From assembly GCA_964016885.1 (NCBI GenBank), contig OZ024741.1, positions 352,098,001 to 352,162,000 of the forward strand: a stretch of DNA of 64,000 bases, read 5' to 3'. This DNA is from Eledone cirrhosa. Its lineage: Eukaryota. Shown one piece after another: positions 13,321 to 25,582 of the stretch (position 1 is the stretch's first letter; every line of letters begins with the position of its first letter). Below the pieces are notes generated by a model that saw only the letters and a list, made by a program, of their open reading frames with translations, was not told the origin of the DNA and searched no databases. Made by a program: the position numbers and the translations under genes.

Positions 13321-14488
13321 TCCCTTCTGGGAAATGGTCGTGCTCGGTATGTAGGAAAGGCGTAGGTAGAAACTCCATTTTATGTCCTAAATGCAAAGTA
13401 TGGGTGCATAAAAGATGTAGTGGGATCACAGGTAAGCTAACTAAGAACAGATTTTACATGTGGCCGGTGTTCTGGTGCAATAAGTAGCAGCAAGTGCCCA
13501 CAAAATACTAGCTCTTTCAATTGCGCAGAGGGTTCTATAGAAATAGTGGACAGCTTCCGTTACCTGGGCGATAAAATCAGCAGTGGGGGAGGGTGCTCTG
13601 AAAGTACTGTAGCCAGAGTCAGAACTGGTTGGAAAAAGTTCAGAGAGCTTATACCACTATTAGCTGCTAAAGGGTTCTCCCTAAAAATGAAAGGCAGGTT
13701 GTACGATGCCTGCATATGAACAGCAATGTTGCATGGTAGTGAGACCTGGGCATTGTGTGCAGAGGATATACGCAGACTAGAGAGGAACGAAGCTTGCATG
13801 CTCCGCTGGATGTGTAACAGTAATATACGTGAACGACAAAGCATAAACGAACTAAGGAAAAAATTAGAGATAAGAGGGATCAGATGTTGTTTACTCGAGA
13901 GAAGGCTGCGTTGGTATGGACACGTGATGCGCATGAAAGTCGATAGCTGTATAACAAAGTGCAGGGCAATGAAGATAGACGGTAGCCACGGAATAGGCAG
14001 ACCTAGAAAAACCTGGGATGAGCTGATAAACTCCGACCTCACACACTTACACCTCTCCAAGACAATGTCACTGGTCCGAGACCTTTGGCGGTACTCAGTA
14101 ACAGAGAAGACCCGCCTTGCCAGTAGGCATCTCTAACAAAATACACCCCGTCCCGCCACCACCCCCACCCCATCCACACCACCCCGCTCTATGTAAAGTT
14201 ATGTTGGTGCCACACCATCCAGGCCGAAACAAATGAGATCGTGTAGGTGTCACGACAAAAAAACACACAGTCCACGCTGTAATGTGGCCGTGTAGGCAAC
14301 ACGGTAAAAACCTCCCAGACCCACACTGTAAATGTGGTTGGTGTTAGGAAGGGCATCCAACTGTAGAAAACCTGCCAGACAGTCCTATGCGAGCAAGACA
14401 ATCACTCTTGCCTCAAGTGGGACTACCCCCGTCCAAACCCATGCAAGCATGGAACACGGACGTTAAACGTTGATGATGATGATGATGA
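13321..14488 (+). mobile_element. 5'-truncated RTE/BovB-like LINE, subfamily A
   Basis: DSFRYLGDKI, MLHGSETW...RRLRWYGHVMRM...GRPRKTW. Has a frameshift and a stop, then a 3' UTR ending in (GAT)n. Confidence 0.92.
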
Positions 14489-14504
14489 TATATATATATA
14501 ATAT

Positions 14505-14554
<50 letters not shown>

Positions 14555-14744
14555 TATATATATACATATTATATATATATATATATATAATATATTATAT
14601 ATATATATATTATATATAATATATTATATATATATATATTATATTATATATATATATTATATTATATATATATATATACATTATATATATTATATATATA
14701 TATATTATATTTATATATATATTATATATATACATTATATATAT

Positions 14745-14881
14745 TGCATTACTGGTACTTTATTTTATCGACCCCGTAAGGATGAAAGGCAAAGTCAACC
14801 TCGGCGGGATTTGAACTCAGATCGTAAAGGGACGTAACTATGCTGGAAAGCATGGCGTCCGACCCTCTACCGATACTGCCA
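14745..14881 (-). mobile_element. SINE family 1 fragment within a TA array
   Basis: Nearly identical to 6382-6518. Confidence 0.88.
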
Positions 14882-15136
14882 ATATATATACATTATATAT
14901 ATATATACATTATATATATATATATTATATATATATATATACATTATATATATATATTATATATATATATACATTATTTATATATATATATATACATTAT
15001 ATATATTATATATATATATATACATTATACATTATATATATTATATATATATATTATATATATATATATACATTATATATATTATATATATATATTATAT
15101 ATATATATATACATTATATATATACATTATATATAC

Positions 15137-15180
<44 letters not shown>

Positions 15181-15181
<1 letters not shown>

Positions 15182-15280
15182 AGGAGATGCAGGACATGGC
15201 AGCGATAATGAGGGACAGAGACCGCTTGAGAGAACTCATCCACGGATCTCGGGGATCTTACCCGCCTTAGATAGATAGAT
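15181..15280 (+). mobile_element. Extreme 3' fragment of the 17645-20964 LINE family
   Basis: GGAGATGCAGGACATGGCAGCG...TACCCGCCTTAGATAGATAGAG. Confidence 0.88.
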
Positions 15281-15601
15281 ATATATATATATTATATATA
15301 TATTAAATATATATATTATATATTATATAAATTAATAAAATAATGAATAAACAAAGAAACAGTTCCCTATATTAAAAAATTCATCATTTTACGATCGTTT
15401 CTAGGATATATATGTTAGTGTTGGTATGCATATCCTATAGATCTATGTAAAATTTTTACAAACTATACATTATATATATATACATTATATATATATATAT
15501 ATATATTATATATATTATATATATTATATATTATATATGTATATATATTATATATATATATTATATATATATTATATATATATATATTATATTATATATA
15601 T

Positions 15602-15642
<41 letters not shown>

Positions 15643-15797
15643 GTATATTATATATTATATATATATATATATAATATATACATATATACTATATATATAT
15701 ATATTATATAATATATATTATATATATATTATATAATATATATATATATAATATATATAATATATATTATATATATATTATATATATATATAATATA

Positions 15798-16390
15798 TCA
15801 TCATCATCATTTTACGTCCGCTTTTCCCTGCTTGCAAGGGTGGGACGGGTCTTATTCAGCACAGCATCTCTCCACTCGTGACAGTCCTTCGTCATCTCCA
15901 GCATGAACTTCAATGATCTGAGGTATGTTACCACCTCGGCCCATGTTTTTCGTGGTCTACCTCTACCACGTCTTCCTTCAACTGGCATTTCCTGGCACTT
16001 CTTCACCCATCGGTCATCCTCCATGCACATCACATGTCCATAACACCTCAGTCTCCTCTCCGGTACACTACATTCTATCCCTCTCAGACACAGTTTCTCT
16101 CTCAACACATTTATGCTGGGTCGTTCACGCACATTTACACTGCACATCCAATGGAGCATGCTTGCCTCATTTCTCTCCAGCCGTCGCATATCCTTTGCAG
16201 TTGCTGCCCATGTCTAACTACCATGCAGCATCGCGCTCCTCACACAGGCATCACATAACCAGCCTTTCGTACGCAGGGAGAAACCTTTCTTTGTCAGCCG
16301 TCGGGGTCCTACTCGTTCCTATTAGCCACTCAGTATTGAGTACTTTGGTTTGTTATGGTCCACCTGGTTCCTTACCACATTTCCTTCGAT
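15798..16390 (-). mobile_element. 5'-truncated RTE/BovB-like LINE, subfamily C (ORF runs directly into the tail)
   Basis: RRLERNEASMLHWMCSV...RRLRCYGHV...GRGRPRKTW...TRPTLASREKRT followed by an (ATG)n tail. Confidence 0.88.
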
Positions 16391-16406
16391 ATATATATAA
16401 TATATA

Positions 16407-16477
<71 letters not shown>

Positions 16478-16664
16478 ATATATATATATGATATATATAT
16501 ATATATATGATATATATATATATGATATATATATATATGATATATATATATATGATATATATATATATATAATATATATATATATAATATATATATATAT
16601 ATAATATATATATATATATAATATATATATATATAATATATATATATATGATATATATATATAA

Positions 16665-17102
16665 CCCCCGTCCCACCACCTCCACCCCACCCACACCGCC
16701 CCTTTCAATGTAAAGTTATGTTGGTCCCACAACATCCAGGCCGAAACAAATGAGATCGTGTAGGTGTCACGACAAAAAACACACAGTCCACGCTGTAAAT
16801 GTGGCCGTGTAGGCAACACGGTAAAAACCTCCCAGCCCCACACTGTAAATGTGGTTGGTGTTAGGAAGGGCATCCAGCTGTAGAAAACCCGCCAGACAGT
16901 CCACGCTGTAATGTGGCCGTGTAGGCAACACGGTAAAAACCTCCCAGCCCCACACTGTAAATGTGGTTGGTGTTAGGAAGGGCATCCAACTGTAGAAAAC
17001 CCGCCAGACAGTCCTATGCGAGCAAGACAACCACTCTTGCCTCAAGTGGGAAAACCCCCCGTCCAAACCCATGCAAGCGTGGAACACGGACGCTAAACCT
17101 GA
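16665..17102 (+). mobile_element. RTE subfamily A 3' UTR only, with internal ~117-bp duplication
   Basis: Matches 21175-21502. The segment ACAGTCCACGCTGT...GAAAACCCGCCAG occurs twice (~16782 and ~16896). Confidence 0.85.
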
Positions 17103-17252
17103 TATAATATATATATATATGATATATATATATATATATGAAATATATATATATATGATATATATATGAATATATGATATATATATTTATATGATATATA
17201 TATATATATATATGATATATATATTTATATGATATATATATATATATATATA

Positions 17253-17291
<39 letters not shown>

Positions 17292-17599
17292 ATATATATA
17301 TATATATATATGATATATATATATATATATATATATATGATATATATATATATATGATATATATATATATATATATATATATGATATATATATATATATA
17401 TATATATGATATATATATATATATATATATATGATATATATATATATATATATATGATATATATATATATGATATATATATATATATATATATGATATAT
17501 ATATATATGATATATATATATATATATGATATATATATATATATGATATATGATATATATATATATATGATATATGATATATATATATATATATATATG

Positions 17600-17631
<32 letters not shown>

Positions 17632-17644
17632 TATATAATATATC

Positions 17645-20600
17645 TATCTATCTATCTAAGGCGGGTAAAATTCCCGAGATCCATGGACGAGTTCTCTCCA
17701 GCGGTCTCTGTCCCTCATTATCGCTGCCATATCCTGCATCTCCAACAAACCAGTGTCTGTCCTTAGGGCATCAACATATGTTAACCTTGGTCTTCCTCTT
17801 CTAGTGTGTCCATGTAGGGGCTCCCAAAGGAGCACTGAGTGCAATGTCAACTCTGGATGTCGGTGAGCATGTCCAGCAAACCTCAGTCTCCTCTGTGTCA
17901 CTTTTGAGCTGACTTTTGGGATGCTCCCATACAGCTCTGAGATTTTCATCCTCAGTGTATACTGATTAATGTTCAGAGCCATCCTCAGCATTCTCGTGTA
18001 GCACCCATCCACCATCTGAGTGAGTCTCTTGGTCAGTGTCCAAGTCTCAGACCCACACAGCAGCACAGACTCCACTACAGCAATGAAGAGGCGGATTTTC
18101 AGGTCTCTACGAAGGTCCGACTTCCACACCGATCTCAAGCTGTGACACGCCGCCCAGGCCTTGCTCTTCCTCTCAACCACATCATCCTCCGTATTCCCAA
18201 TCTTTGCTCCCAAATACAGGAAGTCCTCAACCAATTCCAGCGGCTTCCCGCCTACATTAGTGATCCCCTCTGGCTTCTCAACATTCTCTACCAGATATTT
18301 TGTTTTAGTCTCATTCATTCTCAGCCCCACACTCATCGACACAGTCTCAACCTCCCGCATCAAATCCTCTGCCTCCTTCACTGTATTTGTTACCAAAACT
18401 ATGTCGTCAGCAAATTCAGCATCCGATACCTTTTTCGCCCTAACTCTCCTGCTCTGAGCCGGTGCTACAGTAAAGCCAGAGTACTGGTGTTTCTCCAGTG
18501 CAAGGCGCATACAATAGTCCACTACGATGATAAAAAGGTAGGGAGCCAATGTATCTCCCTGGAGCACTCCAGCCAGTATCTCAAAGAACTCTGTCATCCC
18601 ATCAGGTGTAATGACTTGGGCTTTGGTGTTGGTGTAGAGCAGTGATATCAGGTCCACTATCCTCTTGGGAATTCCATAAGCCTGTAAGATCTTCATCAGG
18701 CAGTAACGGTCCACAGAATCAAAGGCCTTCCTAAAGTCAATGAAAACCATGACCGCAGGAAGGCACTTTGCTCTAGCTCCCTCTAATATCCTCCTCAGCA
18801 TCAGGATGTGACTGGTGGTTGATCTACCCTCTCTGAAGCCGTTCTGGTTGTCCCTGAGCTTCTTCTCCATCTCAGGCTGGATCCTGTTAAGAATCATCCT
18901 GTTGAGGGTCTTTGCCACAAGTGACGTCAGTGAGATCCCCCGGCAGTTGTTGGTGTTAGAGAGATCTCCCTTCTTTGGCACTGGGACGATGTTACTGATC
19001 CTCCAATGATTCGGGGCAACTCCTTTCTCCAGTGCCCCGTTACAGAACCCCAGGATGATATCATCAAAATCACACCTCTTCATCACCTCTGATGCCACTC
19101 CATCTTCTCCATGAGCCTTGCCCTCCTTGATCTTCTTCTTGGCTCTCTGAAGCTCCTCTCTGGTGAAGGGCTCTGTCTCAACATCCAGTTCCTCAAACAG
19201 CCGCCTGATCTCCCCAGTGCTCTGGGCTGTGGAGGGTGGCTCTCCTAGTAGGGTCCTAAAATGGTCTAGCCATTTCCTCTTCCTATCCTCGGGCCCCGTT
19301 CCCTGGATCTGACTCGAACACCTTTTCTTCCTCCCTGTGATCTCGTTGATGATCATCCAGCTCTCCTTACATCCAGATCTGTCAACCGCTCTCTCCACAC
19401 TTCTGATCTTCTCTATCAGTGCCTCCTCTCTGACCTCAGTGTAAGCGGTACAGAGCTCTTCCCTCATCACCTCCACAGTCTCCATCCTCTCCTCCGTAGG
19501 ATCAGCATAGAATTGGTCCCTGGCAGCTTTCAGGTGTTCTCTGGCTGCACACACTTTTGGGTTTGCAGAGCTGACGTGCTTCCCTTTGTTCTTTTTCCTC
19601 GGCACCAGGGTTTCACTTGCTTTCGCCACTGCATTGGTGAAGTGCCCGTACCTCCTCCTCACACTCTCCCCAGTCCATCCAATCTCTCTCTCCTCTGACT
19701 CTCCACACAGAGCACTAAACCTGTTTCTCACTTCCACTGTGAACCTCTCCTGTAGCTTATCATCTTCCTTGAAAGCTCCCCAGTCATAGATTGTTCTCCG
19801 GGGCTGAGCCTTGCTCTTTCTTAAGCTCACACGGACCTCACTCATAACAAGCCGGTGGTCACTACCCAGTGTACTGAAATAGCTGTATGGTTCCGTGTTC
19901 AGAACACTATTCCGCCACTTTTTCCTCACCAGAATGAAATCAATCTGGGACTTGGACAGGTGCATATCTGAGATGTAGGTCCACATCTTCCCCAGATTCT
20001 TCCTAAACCTTAGGTTGGTCGCCATCAAGTTCGCCTCCAGCAGGGTGTCTCTCAGTAGTCTTCCATTTCGGTTGGTGTTGTTATGGAAGTACCAGCAAGG
20101 ATCATCACTGCCCTCCTTACTCAGATGTACATTGAAGTCCCCCAAAACAAGCAGGATATTGTGTGCCTGACTGGTGTTGACAGCTCTACACACCTCCTCA
20201 TGGAACTCCTCGGCATTCACATCACTGTCCCCCTCGGTTGGACTATAGGCTGAGATGACTGTCAGTCTTGGGTTTCCATTGAAGGTCACCCTCAACACTT
20301 GCGGGGAGATAGGCATTATTTCCCTCACCAACAGATTGGTTTTTGCACTGAACACAAAACCCACTCCTCCTACTGCAGCATTTGTTGTGTTCTTCACTGC
20401 CGATGTAGTGATGAGCTGGCTCTTCCTCCCGATCATCACACTCCTCACGGGCTCATCGTGTAGAATCCTGTGTTCTTGGATTGCAAGTATCTGTATACCA
20501 CTCTCCTCGAACAGATGTCCCACTCCTCTCACTTCTCCAGCGTTCGAATAGTCCTCACATTCAAAGTGCCCATTTTGATGGCTCTTCTGCAGGACAAAAC

Positions 20601-20964
20601 TGCATTCTTTATATTTGTCTCAGAGACAGCTGATCCATCATCCACTGGCCCTCTCTGTGGCTCTAAGCCAGCAGAGTCATAACGACCAGGCTGCTCCTTG
20701 ACAGTGTAATTAGGGGCTCTAACCCTAGTGCTGTTAGATCGACTCTCCATATTTCTTTTCAATGGCTGACAATACCTTACCGGCGCCACTCGAATAAGGT
20801 AGTTATTTAACCCATAAATGGAGCCCTAACAGGTACTAGCACCCTGGGCCAGGGCAGACCTGGGAGTCATGACAACTAAGGGGTAACTCCACATTCCCCA
20901 AATCTCCTGAACTCCCGAACTGGAGCCTTGCCACTGGATGTAGTTTAATGTCATACCCAGGACA
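17645..20964 (-). mobile_element. Apparently full-length APE+RT non-LTR retrotransposon (RTE/RTEX-like)
   Basis: Flanked on both sides by (TA)n. Has a GC-balanced 5' leader, one long ORF, and a stop codon merging into a (TAGA)n tail. Confidence 0.92.
17656..20532 (-). CDS. LINE polyprotein: apurinic-like endonuclease plus reverse transcriptase (958 aa open; true N-terminus in 20529-20789)
   Basis: APE motifs LAIQEH, SAYSPT, LGDFN, QIDFIL, SDH. RT motifs VPVPKKGD, QNGFREGRST, FIDFRKAFDSV, GVLQGDTLAP, FADD, FLYLG. MGTLNVRT lies in the upstream frame. Confidence 0.92.
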   Translation of the reverse strand: MRGVGHLFEESGIQILAIQEHRILHDEPVRSVMIGRKSQLITTSAVKNTTNAAVGGVGFVFSAKTNLLVREIMPISPQVLRVTFNGNPRLTVISAYSPTEGDSDVNAEEFHEEVCRAVNTSQAHNILLVLGDFNVHLSKEGSDDPCWYFHNNTNRNGRLLRDTLLEANLMATNLRFRKNLGKMWTYISDMHLSKSQIDFILVRKKWRNSVLNTEPYSYFSTLGSDHRLVMSEVRVSLRKSKAQPRRTIYDWGAFKEDDKLQERFTVEVRNRFSALCGESEEREIGWTGESVRRRYGHFTNAVAKASETLVPRKKNKGKHVSSANPKVCAAREHLKAARDQFYADPTEERMETVEVMREELCTAYTEVREEALIEKIRSVERAVDRSGCKESWMIINEITGRKKRCSSQIQGTGPEDRKRKWLDHFRTLLGEPPSTAQSTGEIRRLFEELDVETEPFTREELQRAKKKIKEGKAHGEDGVASEVMKRCDFDDIILGFCNGALEKGVAPNHWRISNIVPVPKKGDLSNTNNCRGISLTSLVAKTLNRMILNRIQPEMEKKLRDNQNGFREGRSTTSHILMLRRILEGARAKCLPAVMVFIDFRKAFDSVDRYCLMKILQAYGIPKRIVDLISLLYTNTKAQVITPDGMTEFFEILAGVLQGDTLAPYLFIIVVDYCMRLALEKHQYSGFTVAPAQSRRVRAKKVSDAEFADDIVLVTNTVKEAEDLMREVETVSMSVGLRMNETKTKYLVENVEKPEGITNVGGKPLELVEDFLYLGAKIGNTEDDVVERKSKAWAACHSLRSVWKSDLRRDLKIRLFIAVVESVLLCGSETWTLTKRLTQMVDGCYTRMLRMALNINQYTLRMKISELYGSIPKVSSKVTQRRLRFAGHAHRHPELTLHSVLLWEPLHGHTRRGRPRLTYVDALRTDTGLLEMQDMAAIMRDRDRWRELVHGSREFYPP

Positions 20965-21035
20965 ATATAATATATATATATATTATATATATATATATAT
21001 ATAATATATATATATAATATATATATATATTATAT

Positions 21036-21546
21036 CCGACCTCACACGCTTACACCTCTCCAAGACAATGTCACTGGACCGAGACCTTTGGCGGTACTCA
21101 GTAATAGAGAAGACCCGCCTTACCTAAATACAAAGTAAAAACCTACTACAGTCAGTAGGCATCTCTATCAAAACACACCCCGGTCCCACCACCTCCACCC
21201 CATCCACACCGCCCCTTTCAATGTAAAGTTATGTTGGTCCCACAACATCCAGGCCGAAACAAATGAGATCGTGTAGGTGTCACGACAAAAAAACACACAG
21301 TCCACGCTGTAAATGTGGCCGTGTAGGCAACACGGTAAAAACCTCCCAGCCCCACACTGTAAATGTGGTTGGTGTTAGGAAGGGCATCCAACTGTAGAAA
21401 ACCCGCCAGACAGTCCTATGCGAGCAAGACAACCACTCTTGCCTCAAGTGGGAAAACCCCCGTCCAAACCCATGCAAGCGTGGAACACGGACGCTAAACC
21501 TGATGATGATGATGATGACGACGACGACGACGACGACGACGATGAT
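21036..21546 (+). mobile_element. Short 3' copy of RTE subfamily A
   Basis: SDLTRLHLSKTMSLDRDLWRYSV end, 3' UTR, and (GAT)n(GAC)n tail. Confidence 0.88.
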
Positions 21547-21554
21547 AGATATAC

Positions 21555-21665
<111 letters not shown>

Positions 21666-21734
21666 ATAATATATATATATAATATATATATATAATATAT
21701 ATATATAATATATATATATAATATATATATATAA

Positions 21735-21882
<148 letters not shown>

Positions 21883-21888
21883 ATATAT

Positions 21889-21922
<34 letters not shown>

Positions 21923-21926
21923 ATAT

Positions 21927-21969
<43 letters not shown>

Positions 21970-22049
21970 TATATAATATATATATATAATATATATATAT
22001 TATATATATATATTATATATATATATTATATATATATAATATATATATC

Positions 22050-22235
22050 TATCTATCTAAGGCGGGTAAAATTCCCGAGTACCATGGGCGAGTTCTCTCC
22101 AGCGGTCTCTGTCCCTCATTATCGCTGCCATATCCTGCATCTCCAACAGACCAGTGTCTGTCCTTAGGGCATCAACATATGTTAACCTTGGTCTTCCACT
22201 TCTAGTGTGTCCATCTAGGGGCTCCCAGAGTTGAC
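22050..22235 (-). mobile_element. 3' fragment of the 17645-20964 LINE family
   Basis: Encodes LWEPLDGHTRSGRPRLTYVD...EFYPP* followed by a (TAGA)n tail, in a TA array. Confidence 0.9.
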
Positions 22236-22267
22236 AATATATATATAATATATATATATAATATATA

Positions 22268-22305
<38 letters not shown>

Positions 22306-22352
22306 ATATATATATATATAATATATATATATAATATATATATATAATATAT

Positions 22353-22391
<39 letters not shown>

Positions 22392-22393
<2 letters not shown>

Positions 22394-22670
22394 AGGCACA
22401 TGGCTTAGTGGTTAGAGCATTGGCCTCGCAATCGAAAGGTTGTGAGTTCAATTCTCTGACCGGGTGATGTGTTATACTTTATTTCACATTGCTCCAGTTT
22501 ACTGCAAAGTGGTCGTGGAGGTGCCACGGCAAAAAAGCACCCAGCACTCACTGTAAATGAGGTTGGTGTTAGGAAGGGCATCCAGCTGTAGAAACCAAGC
22601 CAGAATCAGTTCCCGTCCCACCCTTGCAAGCAGGGAAAAAGCGGACGTAAAATGAAATGAAATGATGAAA

Positions 22671-22672
<2 letters not shown>
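22392..22672 (+). mobile_element. SINE family 2 copy with internal deletions
   Basis: Matches 10806-11146 but lacks two internal segments. Confidence 0.88.
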
Positions 22673-22717
<45 letters not shown>

Positions 22718-23129
22718 ATATATATATATAAAATATATATATATATATAAAAAATATATATATATATAAAATATATATATATATATAAAATATATATATA
22801 TATATATAAAATATATATATATATATATAAAATATATATATATATATATAAAATATATATATATATATATAAAATATATATATATATATATATAAAATAT
22901 ATATATATATATATAAAATATATATATATATATATAAAATATATATATATATATATAAAATATATATATATATAAAATATATATATATATATAAAATATA
23001 TATATATATATATATATAAAATATATATATATATATATAAAATATATATATATATATATAAAATATATATATATATATATATATAAAATATATATATATA
23101 TATATAAAATATATATATATATATATAAA

Positions 23130-23161
<32 letters not shown>

Positions 23162-23244
23162 TATATATATATATATAAAATATATATATATATATAAAAT
23201 ATATATATATATATATATAAAATATATATATATATATATATAAA

Positions 23245-23276
<32 letters not shown>

Positions 23277-23678
23277 TATATATATATATATAAAATATAT
23301 ATATATATATAAAATATATATATATATCTGCTGATGAATGAAATCCAACCGTGACCATCTCCACTGAAAGTTTTCATGAAATAGTCTTTTAAGACTATAC
23401 AGAGCATTTGATGTTATTCCAAATTGAAGGATAAGTGTTTCAAACTTTATTTTATCATGAGTTAAAGGTCTATAGATTTTTCCCTGGATTTTACTAAATT
23501 CTGTGGATGAATTTATATCCTGATTCTCTTTTGAGATGAGTTTGAGTTATTTTTCCTAAATCTTTCGTTAACTACTTTTCCCATCTTGACGTTATAGTCG
23601 CATATATGTTATAGAATGCCGTTAGCTTCTTGCTAAAACAATCTCGATACCTCTCATTTATGTATAAAATATATATAT

Positions 23679-23724
<46 letters not shown>

Positions 23725-23727
<3 letters not shown>

Positions 23728-25170
23728 TCATCATCATCATCAACGTTTAGCGTCCGTGTTCCACGCTTGCATGGGTTTGGACGGGGGTAGTCCCACTTGA
23801 GGCAAGAGTGATTGTCTTGCTCGCATAGGACTGTCTGGCAGGTTTTCTACAGTTGGATGCCCTTCCTAACACCAACCACATTTACAGTGTGGGTCTGGGA
23901 GGTTTTTACCGTGTTGCCTACACGGCCACATTACAGCGTGGACTGTGTTTTTTTGTCGTGACACCTACACGATCTCATTTGTTTCGGCCTGGATGGCGCG
24001 GCACCAACATAACTTTACATAGAACGGGGTGGGGGTGGTGGTGGTGGGACGGGGTGTATTTTGTTAGAAATGCCTACTGGCTGAAGTAGGTTTTACTATA
24101 TATTTAGGTAAGGCGGGTCTTCTCTGTTACTGAGTACCGCCAAAGGTCTCGGTCCAGTGACATTGTCTTGGAGAGGTGTAAGTGTGTGATGTCGGAGTTT
24201 ATCAGCTCGTCCCAGGTTTTTCTAGGTCTGCCTATTCCGTGACTACCGTCTATCTTTATTGCCCTGCACTTTGTTATACAGCTATCGACTTTCATGCGCA
24301 TCACGTGTCCATAACAACGTAGCCTCTCGAGTAAACAACATCTGATCCCTCTTATCTCTAATTTTTTCCTTAGTTCGTTTATGCTTTGCCGTTCACGTAT
24401 ATTACTGTTACACATCCAGCGGAGCATGCAAGCTTCGTTCTTCTCTAGTCTGCGTATATCCTCTGCACACAATGCCCAGGTCTCACTGCCATGCAACATT
24501 GCTGTTCGTATGCAGGCATCGTACAACCTGCCTTTCATTTTTAGGGAGAACCCTTTAGCAGCTAATAGTGGTATAAGCTCTCTGAACTTTTTCCAACCAG
24601 TTCTGACTCTAGCTACAGTACTTTCAGAGCACCCTCCCCCACTGCTGATTTTATCGCCCAGGTAACGGAAGCTGTCCACTATTTCTATAGAACCCTCTGC
24701 GCAATTGAAAGAGCTAGTATTTTGTGGGCACTTGCTGCTACTTATTGCACCAGAACACCGGCCACATGTAAAATCTATGTTCTTAGTTAACTTACCTGTG
24801 ATCCCACTACATCTTTTATGCACCCATACTTTGCATTTAGGACATAAAATGGAGTTTCTACCTACGCCTTTCCTACACACCGAGCACGACCATTTCCCAG
24901 AAGGGACTGCCGCCTTGTTTTCTTTCCTACAAACTAGAACTTTGGTCTTAGCCAGGTTAATTTTAAGTCCTTTTGACTCTAGGCCGTGCTTCCATGTTTG
25001 GAATTTCTTCTCTAGCTCGGCCATTGATTCCGCTATGAGTGTCAGGTCGTCTGCGTATAGGAGTTCCCATGGGCAGCCTGTCTTGAACTCCTCTGTTATA
25101 GCCTGAAGGGCAATAATAAATAGTAGGGGGCTGAGAACAGAGCCCTGATGGACGCCAACTTTTACGCTAA
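23725..25170 (-). mobile_element. 5'-truncated RTE/BovB-like LINE subfamily A (306-aa ORF at 24104-25024)
   Basis: QGSVLSP, WELLYADDL, PHD-like Cys cluster, FRYLG, GSETW. The 3' UTR and (GAT)n tail are near-identical to 13321-14488. Confidence 0.92.
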
Positions 25171-25209
25171 ACTCTTCTATAAAATATATATATCATATAT
25201 ATATATATT

Positions 25210-25545
25210 TCAATTCATTTTCATTTCATTTTACGTCCACTTTTCCCTGCTTGCAAGGGTGGGACGGGACCCGATTCTGGCTGATTTCTACAGCTGGATG
25301 CCCTTCCTAACACCAACTTCATTTACAGTGAGTGCTGGGTGCTTTTTTGCCGTGGCACCTCCACGACCACTTTGCAGTGGAATGATAGGGACCCCAGTCC
25401 CTATCATCTCATTTCTACAGCTGAGTAAACTGGAGCAATGTGAAATAAAGTGTCTTGCTCAAGGAAACAAAACATCACCCGCTCTGAGAATTGAACTCAC
25501 AACCTTTCGATTGCAAGGCCAATGCTCTAACCACTAAGCCATGTG

Positions 25546-25548
<3 letters not shown>
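25210..25548 (-). mobile_element. SINE family 2 copy
   Basis: Reverse complement of 10806-11146. Confidence 0.9.

Positions 25549-25582
<34 letters not shown>

Noticed and set aside
18142-20682. Plus-strand ORFs opposite the LINE, and minus-strand ORFs at 53878-54993
   Set aside because: Antisense shadows of retrotransposon coding sequence with no independent evidence.
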